Virus record (IMG/VR): IMGVR_UViG_3300007553_000105
Coordinates: 31,773 to 95,772 of that record
DNA length: 64,000 nt
Strand: one strand, 5' to 3'
Source of the DNA: a virus
Taxonomy: Duplodnaviria > Caudoviricetes
Part shown: piece after piece, positions 55,963-64,000 of the stretch
Layout of the letters: every line of letters starts with the position of its first letter
How positions within the stretch are numbered: position 1 is the stretch's first letter
Program-made: the position numbers and the translations under genes
The notes under the pieces: model-generated
Databases searched by the model: none
What the model was told of the DNA's origin: nothing
What the model saw: the letters and a program-made list of their open reading frames with translations, nothing else

Positions 55963-58682
55963 TGGTATCCCCTATTGAAAATGCAGTACTTACACTCGAT
56001 GCTTCATATCCATGGGCAAGAGAAGCTACACTTGACAAGGTATTTGCACATGCAGTTAAAGCTAATTTATTGATAAATCAAGCCATTGTTCAAATGGGTA
56101 AGGGCAATGACATTACTGATGATATTGTTAACGCATTTAACAAGGAACGTAACAGTGCGTTGACAGGTATATTAAAAAAATCGTCTGATGCATTTTTAAA
56201 AAGTATTGGAGGTATAGGCAGAGATACAAATCCTCTTTCTACAGTCGCCAACATTGCTGAAGATTTTGCTTGGGCATTACAGGAATCATCTAGTGATTTA
56301 GCTAGAAATAGATTCATTAGAACACTTGCTCCTAATGTTTCTAGAGCAACTGTTGTTGTTGGTGCTGCAATTGCAGGTACTTTTACAGTAGAACGCATGA
56401 TAGCAGAGTATGCAAGTGAACAAGAAAAATCATTGAGAGCAATGATAGGACTTGGCATTGTTGCTAGTGATTTAGAATTATACACGGACTTTAGAGAGTC
56501 AGCGGCGAAATTAAGTATGAGCCTTGGTGTCATGGTTGAAACACTACAGGAATACAATATGACGCTGGCGAGATTAAGTGGAAATACTGTTGACGGTTAT
56601 ACCCAATTTTTAGATTTTGCCAACAATGTAGATAACGGATCAGCAGGAATAGCAGACTTTGGATATAGCGGACAACAACTTGCTAGAAGATTAGCTGAAG
56701 AAGCACGTATATTAACAAGATCAGGACAGATAGATAGTCTTAATAATAATGCCAGATCGAAGATAGCAGATAGTTTTCAACGTGTAACAGCGTTTGCTAT
56801 TGGTATGGCAAACGCCACTGGTATTGAGAGAGACAAACTATTAGAAGCACGTGCTACTGCTCTTAACGAAACATCTCACATTTTATCTATCAATAAATTT
56901 GCAAGTCTATTGATAAACGACCAAAATGGAAATGCTGTGAGACGTAGTGAAATGGCATATGGTGAACTTGCACAAGTGGGCGAAATGCTAGGCCCTGATA
57001 TGGCAAAGATGTTACTGCAATGGGTTGACAGAACACAATATGACATCGATGTTAACACTACTGCTATAGATAACATTGAACAGACGTTATATGACACCTT
57101 ATCATTCTTAGGCCCTGACGCTGTGGGAATATTTGCTAGCATTGTTGAAAAAACAGCATTTGGACATTATGAAAATCCTGGTGAGTTGTCTTATGATTTT
57201 CAGCAATCATTATTATATCTCAGGGAATCACGCCCAGATTTCAGAGTAACATTTAATGAAACAACATTAGCATCTGGGCACGTAAGAGATATGGCGTGGC
57301 TCGCCGCAGAAGAATTTATGAGTGCATCTCAATCACAATTAAACTTTACGCCTGAACTAGTTGCTAAGGAAACAACTACAGCAGGCGCAGCTATACAAGG
57401 AATTGATGATGCACGTGAAGCAATGTTGCGTGTTTACACTATACTAGCACCTAACTTTGAAACAACAGGTAGCATGGCCAGTACGTTTGGTGATAAATTA
57501 TCTTCATTACAGGATATCTGGAGTGATATATTTGATGTATCAGAAATAACTGTGACTACGAGGCAGGATCGTGCTGAAAGAGCGAGACAGGATCGTATAG
57601 CAGCACAGTCATTTTTGCAAGGTAAAACTGATTTATCATATGATGAAGCAGTACGATTGACACAATCAATGTATGAACAGACTGGCGTTACCGGAAGTGG
57701 GTTTACGCCCGGAGTTGCAGGGATAGTTTCAACATCATCCGGCGCCTCCGGAGGTGGGTATGCGCCTATTAGTGTTAATTCAAACCAACCATGGGCACAA
57801 GATAGAGAATTTTTAGCAGAAGTAGACAGAATATCACAGCGTTTTGGGTTCAATCCAAATGCGCTGTTGGGACTTATGGCTTCTGAAAGTGGAATTAATC
57901 CGCAAGCTAGAAATCCAAATGGAGGAGCCACAGGGTTAATACAGTTTATGCCTGCAACTGCACGAGGCTTAGGTACAACTACAGATGCTTTAATTCAAAT
58001 GAACCGTGCGCAGCAAATGGTTTGGGTTGAAAAATATTTTGAACAATACGCAAGCGGTTTAGCCGGCGCAAGTGCAGGAAAGCTATATGCATATGTATTC
58101 TTACCTGGCAGAGCAAGAAGAGATGTGTTAACAAGTCGAGGTGAAAACTACTATAATCAAAACGTTGGCTTAGATATGAACCGCGATGGTGCAATAACTA
58201 TTTCTGATCTAGATGTGAGAATTGCGGAACATGCAAGACAGCGAGGAATTGATTTATCCTCGCCAACTATACCAGTAGCAGAAGTTAATCCCACGGCGCC
58301 TGTTGAAGGAGACGGCGCCATTCCGCCAACAGATAGGGAAATTCCAGGACCTGTCGACAGAACAGATGCACCTGCACTCCCAAGTACTGCTGAAACACCC
58401 ACGACAGCCACACCAACAGTACCAACAGTACCAAGTATCCCTTCCACTGCTGATCCTGTAATGGATGATGATATTGCTGTGACACCCATCACACCTACGA
58501 TTCCAGCGGTAACTCCTGCCGCTGATAATGTACCAGAAGTTAGAATAAATACAGATGAGAATGATCTTGAAGAAGAAACTGTTAGAGAATTAAGAGACGT
58601 AGATGCTGAAATACTTGAAGCATCACGTAGATTAACAGATACGGCAGGTACTGACGAATTGGTAGAAAGAACAATTAGATAA
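55962..58682 (+). CDS. Tape measure-like protein 2 with a C-terminal lytic transglycosylase (SLT) domain
   Basis: Helical body paralogous to protein 1; LMASESG...GATGLIQFMPATA; Y.QN.GLDMNRDG.IT. Confidence 0.82.
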   Translation: MVSPIENAVLTLDASYPWAREATLDKVFAHAVKANLLINQAIVQMGKGNDITDDIVNAFNKERNSALTGILKKSSDAFLKSIGGIGRDTNPLSTVANIAEDFAWALQESSSDLARNRFIRTLAPNVSRATVVVGAAIAGTFTVERMIAEYASEQEKSLRAMIGLGIVASDLELYTDFRESAAKLSMSLGVMVETLQEYNMTLARLSGNTVDGYTQFLDFANNVDNGSAGIADFGYSGQQLARRLAEEARILTRSGQIDSLNNNARSKIADSFQRVTAFAIGMANATGIERDKLLEARATALNETSHILSINKFASLLINDQNGNAVRRSEMAYGELAQVGEMLGPDMAKMLLQWVDRTQYDIDVNTTAIDNIEQTLYDTLSFLGPDAVGIFASIVEKTAFGHYENPGELSYDFQQSLLYLRESRPDFRVTFNETTLASGHVRDMAWLAAEEFMSASQSQLNFTPELVAKETTTAGAAIQGIDDAREAMLRVYTILAPNFETTGSMASTFGDKLSSLQDIWSDIFDVSEITVTTRQDRAERARQDRIAAQSFLQGKTDLSYDEAVRLTQSMYEQTGVTGSGFTPGVAGIVSTSSGASGGGYAPISVNSNQPWAQDREFLAEVDRISQRFGFNPNALLGLMASESGINPQARNPNGGATGLIQFMPATARGLGTTTDALIQMNRAQQMVWVEKYFEQYASGLAGASAGKLYAYVFLPGRARRDVLTSRGENYYNQNVGLDMNRDGAITISDLDVRIAEHARQRGIDLSSPTIPVAEVNPTAPVEGDGAIPPTDREIPGPVDRTDAPALPSTAETPTTATPTVPTVPSIPSTADPVMDDDIAVTPITPTIPAVTPAADNVPEVRINTDENDLEEETVRELRDVDAEILEASRRLTDTAGTDELVERTIR

Positions 58683-61208
58683 ATGGCATCAGACACTAAT
58701 AATATTATTCTGCCAACTGGTGAAACGATTGCTATACCAGCATGGGCTAGTGAAACTGCACTTCAAGCATTAGTTGCGCAGATGCAGCTCAGTAATGATA
58801 TTGATAAAAAATTAATTGAAGTTGTAAAAGGCAACGCTGTTGATACTACAAGTATAAGTCAATCTGTCAGAGACGCTTTTAAGAAATTAAGAGAGCGCCG
58901 AGAAAAAGATGCGGATGAAGAAAATAAAAGAACCCAACAAATAACGAAAACACTTGCAAAAAGCACATCAGACATTGTTGGAAAATTTAGTAACACTGAA
59001 ACACCTCTTAGTAACTTAGTTGATGCAGCAAAGACAGCAAGTGCTGGATTTGGAAAAACTTTAACTGGATTAAAAGATTCCAGAGGAGCGTTTGGCGCTC
59101 TAGGTAAAACACTAAGCAATTGGGCTCCTGGTGTAGAAGCATTGGGCGATGCCGCGTTTGGTTGGTTAGGTTTCAATGCTGCAAAGATTGAACAATTCGC
59201 TAAAGCACAAGAAGCAATGATAAACGCTGGTGTGGTATTCAATCAAGGTGCAGCTACATATGAAGATTTATATACTACGGCCAGAGAAGGCGGTATTACA
59301 TACACACAACTAGCTAGTATTGCGGGTGAATATGGGCAAACACTACAACTGTTTGGCGGCGGCGTTTCTAGAGGTACACAGATCTTTACTGAAATGTTCA
59401 GAGATGTAAACAGAGCCGCTAATGATTTCGGCGACTTTGGCATGAGTAACGAACAAATGGCGAAAGCGTTTGCTGACTATATATCAGTAGCACGTAGCAC
59501 AGGCGAAGTCAACAGAAATACAAACAATGCGCAGGTAAAACTACAGAATGGATTCAGAGACTTAATGCTAGAAACTGGTGCATTGGCTAGTTTAACCGGT
59601 AAAAGTCGTGATGAATTGCTACAAGCACGTGCCGCTGCACTTAGTGCCCCGCAAGTTTCAGCTGCACTTCGTAGAATGGAAGAAACGTACGGTGAAGATA
59701 ATAGATTCAGTGAAGGTGCCAGAGCAGTATTAACACAGTTAGCATATGGACAAGACCAGCTTGGCAGCTTAGGAACAATATTATCAAATGCAATTGGTTC
59801 TGAATTAGCAACAACTGCTGATCATATTGAAGACTTTGATGTGCGTGATGCACTGATTGGTATGGGTGGCGAAGCGACTACTATGATGCAAGCACTGCAA
59901 TCAGCAGGATCTCCAGTATTAGATCAAATTAACGACGCTATTAGAACTGGCCAAGTTGCTGGCGGTGACATAAACAAATTTATTTTAGAAGCAGTTAGGG
60001 CCGCAGGTCAAAATACTGCAATCATGGCACAGGGTGCGGGAGATGCATTAAGCCCAATTAATCAAGCATTGATTGAATTAAGAACAGCTAGTACGTTACT
60101 TGACACTGACATGGGAAATTATTTAGACATGTCAGAACAACAAACTGTCGCCGCACTTGAGCAATATAAGCGAGATATAGAAGAAGCAGGTGAAACTACT
60201 GAAGGATTTAATGATGCAACTATGGCAGTTCTTGCAGCACAGGATGCTTTAACTGTTCCATTAGATTTTGCAGGTGATGCAGCAGATTCTCTTGGTAGAG
60301 CAATGTTAGCAGGCGTTGAAGCGTTTGAAGATCTAATAAACCCAAGAAGAGAAGAACCAATTGCTGAATCAGTCACACAGTCTGAATTTACTGCCGCAGC
60401 AAATTCTAGACTAGCAGCCACACCACCGACAATGGGGGGTGATCCTGCATGGGACCGCGCAATGTCTGAAGTAGATCGCCCATCGGATTTTGATAGAGCG
60501 TCACTTGAAGACATAGGTATTAATATTTCTGATTTAACTCCTAAAGAACATCCCAATTATCCTGGATCAGGAATGATGGTATATGATTTGAATGGATATC
60601 CTGATTCTTTATGGCCGGGCAACCGTCGATATATGTTTGCTGATGGATATACCCCTGGTAGATATTCAGGTGGTAGTGTGTCCGCAAATATGCCATATGT
60701 CGTTGGTGAAAATCGACCAGGTGGTTTAGGTGAATTATTTGTTCCTGATCAATCAGGTTTTATTTTATCACATGAACGTACATCAGAAATGATACAACAG
60801 CGTATTAATTCAGTACTTGGATTAGCAAATGCATTTAACACACTTCAAGGATCAATACCAAACATAGAACAGACAGCAATGCAATTATCTAATTTAACTG
60901 CTGGTTTAGGTAATATGATAAACTTTGGTGGGAATGATACTAGTTCTGTTTCGAATAATATCAATGCATCTATAGCACCAATAAGTATATCTGAAGAACC
61001 AGTTGGTGTTCGTAATGAAAGACCGAGACAAATTAATACAACTACGCCAGCTGAAACAGAAAATGAACGTAATTCAGCAGGTAGTGAATCTATAAATGAT
61101 CAAATAAAACAAATAACAGAAATAAAACGTAGAAATCTTGCAATTATGCAACATCTTGAAGACATAATGAAGCGTTATAGTCGTAGATCTGATCCACTGC
61201 GAGCATAA
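58683..61208 (+). CDS. Tape measure-like protein 3
   Basis: Helical body paralogous to proteins 1 and 2; GRYSGGSV....PYVVGE......ELFVP..SG.I motif typical of tape-measure C-termini. Confidence 0.78.
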   Translation: MASDTNNIILPTGETIAIPAWASETALQALVAQMQLSNDIDKKLIEVVKGNAVDTTSISQSVRDAFKKLRERREKDADEENKRTQQITKTLAKSTSDIVGKFSNTETPLSNLVDAAKTASAGFGKTLTGLKDSRGAFGALGKTLSNWAPGVEALGDAAFGWLGFNAAKIEQFAKAQEAMINAGVVFNQGAATYEDLYTTAREGGITYTQLASIAGEYGQTLQLFGGGVSRGTQIFTEMFRDVNRAANDFGDFGMSNEQMAKAFADYISVARSTGEVNRNTNNAQVKLQNGFRDLMLETGALASLTGKSRDELLQARAAALSAPQVSAALRRMEETYGEDNRFSEGARAVLTQLAYGQDQLGSLGTILSNAIGSELATTADHIEDFDVRDALIGMGGEATTMMQALQSAGSPVLDQINDAIRTGQVAGGDINKFILEAVRAAGQNTAIMAQGAGDALSPINQALIELRTASTLLDTDMGNYLDMSEQQTVAALEQYKRDIEEAGETTEGFNDATMAVLAAQDALTVPLDFAGDAADSLGRAMLAGVEAFEDLINPRREEPIAESVTQSEFTAAANSRLAATPPTMGGDPAWDRAMSEVDRPSDFDRASLEDIGINISDLTPKEHPNYPGSGMMVYDLNGYPDSLWPGNRRYMFADGYTPGRYSGGSVSANMPYVVGENRPGGLGELFVPDQSGFILSHERTSEMIQQRINSVLGLANAFNTLQGSIPNIEQTAMQLSNLTAGLGNMINFGGNDTSSVSNNINASIAPISISEEPVGVRNERPRQINTTTPAETENERNSAGSESINDQIKQITEIKRRNLAIMQHLEDIMKRYSRRSDPLRA

Positions 61209-61218
61209 TTATTTTTTG

Positions 61219-61225
61219 CTAAATA
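61219..61225 (+). promoter_or_regulatory. Late promoter CTAAATA for the portal gene
   Basis: TAAATA core 25 nt upstream of the portal ATG. Confidence 0.55.
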
Positions 61226-61250
61226 CACTATAATTAAAGGTATACCCCTG

Positions 61251-62924
61251 ATGAGCTGGAAAAAGCATTTTACAAAATACGAGCCTAGTAATGGGATTCG
61301 TGCCAAAGCAAATAGATGGCAAAGTTGGTTGCCTGAGGTTTACTCAGGACAGCCCAATCGTGTTGAGCGTTATACACAGTATGACCAAATGGATATGGAT
61401 AGTGAAATTAATGCTGCATTAGACACTATTGCTGAATTTTCTACACAAACAAATCCAGACACCCGCCTACCTTTTGAAATACATTATAAAGATGATGCAA
61501 CAGAAAGCGAAGTAAATGCTATCTCAACAGCATTAAATCAGTGGTGTAATATCAATGATTGGGAACGCAGAATGTTTGGGGTATTTCGAGCAGCAATCAA
61601 ATACGGAGACCAGTTGTTTATTCGTGATCCAGAAACATATAAACTTATCTGGGTTGATCCATCAGATGTAAGCAAAGCCATTGTCAATGAAAGCAAAGGC
61701 AAAGATATTGATCAGTATATGATGAAAAATATTAACCTAAATCTGACAGATTTGGTTACTACTGATACCAAAAAGCTGAACAACATGGCTGGTGCTGGTT
61801 CAACATCATTTACAACAGCAATGTCAGCACAATCAGGTGTTTATCAGGGCGGGTATAGTTCAAATAATACTGAGTATGCAGTTGATGCGTCACACGTTGT
61901 TCATATTGCTCTAACTGACGGGATGAGTGCTAATTGGCCATTTGGCAATAGTATCTTAGACAGCATTTTTAAAGTATACAAGCAAAAGGAACTACTGGAA
62001 GATAGTATTATTATCTATCGTGTTCAACGTGCGCCAGAGCGCCGTGTGTTCTACATTGACGTTGGTAACATGCCAGCACACAAAGCAATGGGTTTTGTTG
62101 AGCGTGTTAAGAACGAAGTACACCAGACACGTATTCCAAATAAAACAGGCGGTGGCACAAATATTATTGATGCAGCATACAACCCATTAAGTATTATGGA
62201 AGACTATTTCTTCGCTCAAACCGCAGAAGGGCGTGGTAGTAAAGTTGAAGTGTTGCCAGGCGGCGACAACTTGGGTGAGATTGACGACCTAAAGTATTTC
62301 AACAACAAACTAATGCGTGGTTTACGTATTCCAAGTAGCTATCTACCAACAGGTCCAGAGGATGGTACGGCAACATATCAAGACGGTAAAGTAGGAACGG
62401 CACTTATTCAGGAATTCCGTTTCAGTAAATATTGTGAGCGACTACAGTTAGTTCTACAGCCAAGTTTAGATAAAGAATTTAAACGTTTCCTTAAACACAA
62501 AGGTATTGAAATTCCAAGTAGTCTTTTTGACTTACACTTTACTGAGCCACAGAGCTTTAGTCAGTACCGTGAGATTGAAATTGAAGCAGCACGTGCCAGT
62601 GTATTTGGTAGCCTTGAAGGTGTTGGTTACCTAAGTCGTAGATTCCTATTCAGCAAGTACTTGGGCTTGAATGAAGATGAGATCAAAGAAAACGAGCGTC
62701 TATGGAAAGAAGAAAATGGCGATCACGATGGATCAGATGGTTTTGATGCCAAGGGAGAACTAGGTGGTCTAGGTGTCCGCGCTGGAGATGTTGAGGGATT
62801 TGAACCAACAGAACTTGATACTGGCGAGGAAGGCGGCGATGATCTTGGGGGCGACCTAGATATTGAAGCAGGTGGTGAATCACCACTTGGTGGCACCGCA
62901 GGGGGTACAGATAATGAGATTTAA
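61251..62924 (+). CDS. gp20: Portal vertex protein, T4 gp20-like
   Basis: YDQMD.DSEINAALD, LLEDSIIIYRVQRAPERRVFYIDVGNMP, EDYFF, GSKVEVLPGG.NLGEIDDL.YF, LRIPSSYL. Confidence 0.95.
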   Translation: MSWKKHFTKYEPSNGIRAKANRWQSWLPEVYSGQPNRVERYTQYDQMDMDSEINAALDTIAEFSTQTNPDTRLPFEIHYKDDATESEVNAISTALNQWCNINDWERRMFGVFRAAIKYGDQLFIRDPETYKLIWVDPSDVSKAIVNESKGKDIDQYMMKNINLNLTDLVTTDTKKLNNMAGAGSTSFTTAMSAQSGVYQGGYSSNNTEYAVDASHVVHIALTDGMSANWPFGNSILDSIFKVYKQKELLEDSIIIYRVQRAPERRVFYIDVGNMPAHKAMGFVERVKNEVHQTRIPNKTGGGTNIIDAAYNPLSIMEDYFFAQTAEGRGSKVEVLPGGDNLGEIDDLKYFNNKLMRGLRIPSSYLPTGPEDGTATYQDGKVGTALIQEFRFSKYCERLQLVLQPSLDKEFKRFLKHKGIEIPSSLFDLHFTEPQSFSQYREIEIEAARASVFGSLEGVGYLSRRFLFSKYLGLNEDEIKENERLWKEENGDHDGSDGFDAKGELGGLGVRAGDVEGFEPTELDTGEEGGDDLGGDLDIEAGGESPLGGTAGGTDNEI

Positions 62925-63117
62925 AGAAGTAGATAACGGAACACGCAAAGCAGAAGATGATGAGTATGGCACTTGGAAAATTGATGATACTCGACGTCCT
63001 AGACTAACACTAAAGCATATTAATAAAATGCGTAATAGTCGTGAAATGAAACGTGCTGAACATCAAAAAGAAGTAGAGCAATTTAAGGATATGTATAGTC
63101 CTGGAGATACTGAATAA
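62914..63117 (+). CDS. Small conserved head-region protein
   Basis: MRFKE...DTRRPRLTLKHINKMR...MY, overlapping the portal stop. Confidence 0.7.
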   Translation: MRFKEVDNGTRKAEDDEYGTWKIDDTRRPRLTLKHINKMRNSREMKRAEHQKEVEQFKDMYSPGDTE

Positions 63118-63160
63118 AACGCTTATTTTATGAATAAAATCTAAGACTATAATCAAAATC

Positions 63161-63174
63161 GCGGTTTTAACCGC
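63161..63174. terminator. Short hairpin between head genes (possible terminator or processing site)
   Basis: GCGGTT-TT-AACCGC with AAAT/ATTT flanks. Confidence 0.35.
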
Positions 63175-63203
63175 ATTTCGCTATGGTCTTAACCAAAGCG
63201 TCT

Positions 63204-63209
63204 TAAATA
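63204..63209 (+). promoter_or_regulatory. Late promoter TAAATA
   Basis: Upstream of the AAGGAG RBS and ATG at 63253. Confidence 0.5.
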
Positions 63210-63252
63210 ATAATGTTATAACCCACACCTATATAGAAAAGGAGATTTAACA

Positions 63253-64000
63253 ATGAGAGCTCAAGATCGTTATACAAAGATCATTGAAAGCCTAGTGAAC
63301 GGTGATTCAGCATCAGCTGAAGATCTACTACATGAGGCTTTTGTTGAAAAAGCTCGCGAGATCTGGAGTGATCTTGTTGAGCAAGATGAAATCGTTGAAG
63401 ATGACATCGCAGAAGAAGAATTAGAAGAAGCATTTGGCGATGAAGAATCAGATGACTTCCTAAACGACATTGAAACAGCAGACGAAGAAATCGAAGCTGA
63501 AGAAGCATTCGGTGAAGCTGAAGATGAAGATGAAGGCGAACTAGACGCAGACATGGAACTAGCAGCAGATGACGGTTTCGACGCAGAAGGCGACGACAGC
63601 GGTGACATCGGTGATGCTATCACAAGTGTTGAAGATGCGCTAGCTGACCTAAAAGCAGAATTCGCAAAGCTAATGGGCGACGACATGTCAGATGATGAAG
63701 ATGGCATGGACGACGATATGTCTGGTGACATGGACGACATGGACGACATGGACATGGGCGATGACGAAGAAGATGAAGAAGTTGAAGAAGAATTTACTTT
63801 TGAAGCTGACGAAGAAGAACTAGAAGAAGAAGCTGAAGAACTAGAAGAATCAGCTGAACTTAAAAAAGTAGGTAAAGACAGAGCAATCCATCCGGTTGAA
63901 ATGCCAGCAGGCGATGACGGCAAAGCATCACCAGTTAAAGGTAAACCAGCAATGGGCGGTTCACTACTAAACACAGGACATGCTAAAGAAGCAGGTCGTC
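63253..64000 (+). CDS. Highly acidic prohead core/scaffold-like protein, partial
   Basis: Not in the ORF track (no stop in the window). MRAQDRYTKIIESLVNGDSASAEDLLHEAFVEKAREIWSDLVEQDE..., very D/E-rich, strong AAGGAG RBS, just downstream of portal. Confidence 0.75.
   Translation, partial: MRAQDRYTKIIESLVNGDSASAEDLLHEAFVEKAREIWSDLVEQDEIVEDDIAEEELEEAFGDEESDDFLNDIETADEEIEAEEAFGEAEDEDEGELDADMELAADDGFDAEGDDSGDIGDAITSVEDALADLKAEFAKLMGDDMSDDEDGMDDDMSGDMDDMDDMDMGDDEEDEEVEEEFTFEADEEELEEEAEELEESAELKKVGKDRAIHPVEMPAGDDGKASPVKGKPAMGGSLLNTGHAKEAGR

Noticed and set aside
352-62886. Numerous 60-200-aa ORFs antisense to or nested within long genes
   Set aside because: Shadow ORFs without RBS or motifs, overlapping well-supported genes.
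63727-63756. GACATGGAC-type tandem repeat
   Set aside because: Encodes a low-complexity DMDDMDDMDM stretch of the acidic protein; not a CRISPR or regulatory repeat.
63270-63974. 234-aa Ser-rich minus-strand ORF in the track
   Set aside because: Antisense shadow of the acidic plus-strand scaffold-like gene starting at 63253.
1-64000. tRNA genes, CRISPR arrays, stop-codon reassignment
   Set aside because: No cloverleaf/T-loop signatures or repeat-spacer arrays were seen in the few intergenic gaps, and long genes are intact in the standard code.

Overview
A 64-kb, AT-rich, densely coding segment of a large T4-related (jumbo-type) myophage genome, in the standard genetic code. Left to right: (i) a ~23-kb, mostly minus-strand enzyme island: partial C26 amidohydrolase, two SAM methyltransferases, carbamoyltransferase, GDPD-like, NTP-transferase, cupin, HAD, oxygenase-like, five radical SAM enzymes (one B12-dependent), SGNH-like, thyA, folA and three GT-A-like proteins; (ii) a minus-strand tail/baseplate block (fibre-like proteins, a 3503-aa wedge-like protein, gp6, gp25, HNH, lysozyme-like, gp5-like, hub, gp53-like, tube-initiator-like, cytidylyltransferase-like); (iii) a sigma70-driven gp55-gp47-gp46 unit and a Holliday-junction resolvase; (iv) a ~600-nt intergenic region with a highly structured candidate ncRNA, an AT-rich tract and two C-GAA-G hairpins; (v) a gp26-like gene with a clear -1 frameshift signal into an unannotated gp51-like frame; (vi) three paralogous tape-measure-like genes with different C-terminal domains; (vii) portal gp20, a small head gene and the start of an acidic scaffold-like gene. 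No tRNA or CRISPR array was seen. Best novelty candidates are the structured RNA/origin-like region, the gp26/gp51 frameshift, the triple tape-measure locus and the partly late-promoter-linked radical SAM/glyco-modification island. All family calls come from motif recognition by eye; no database searches were run.
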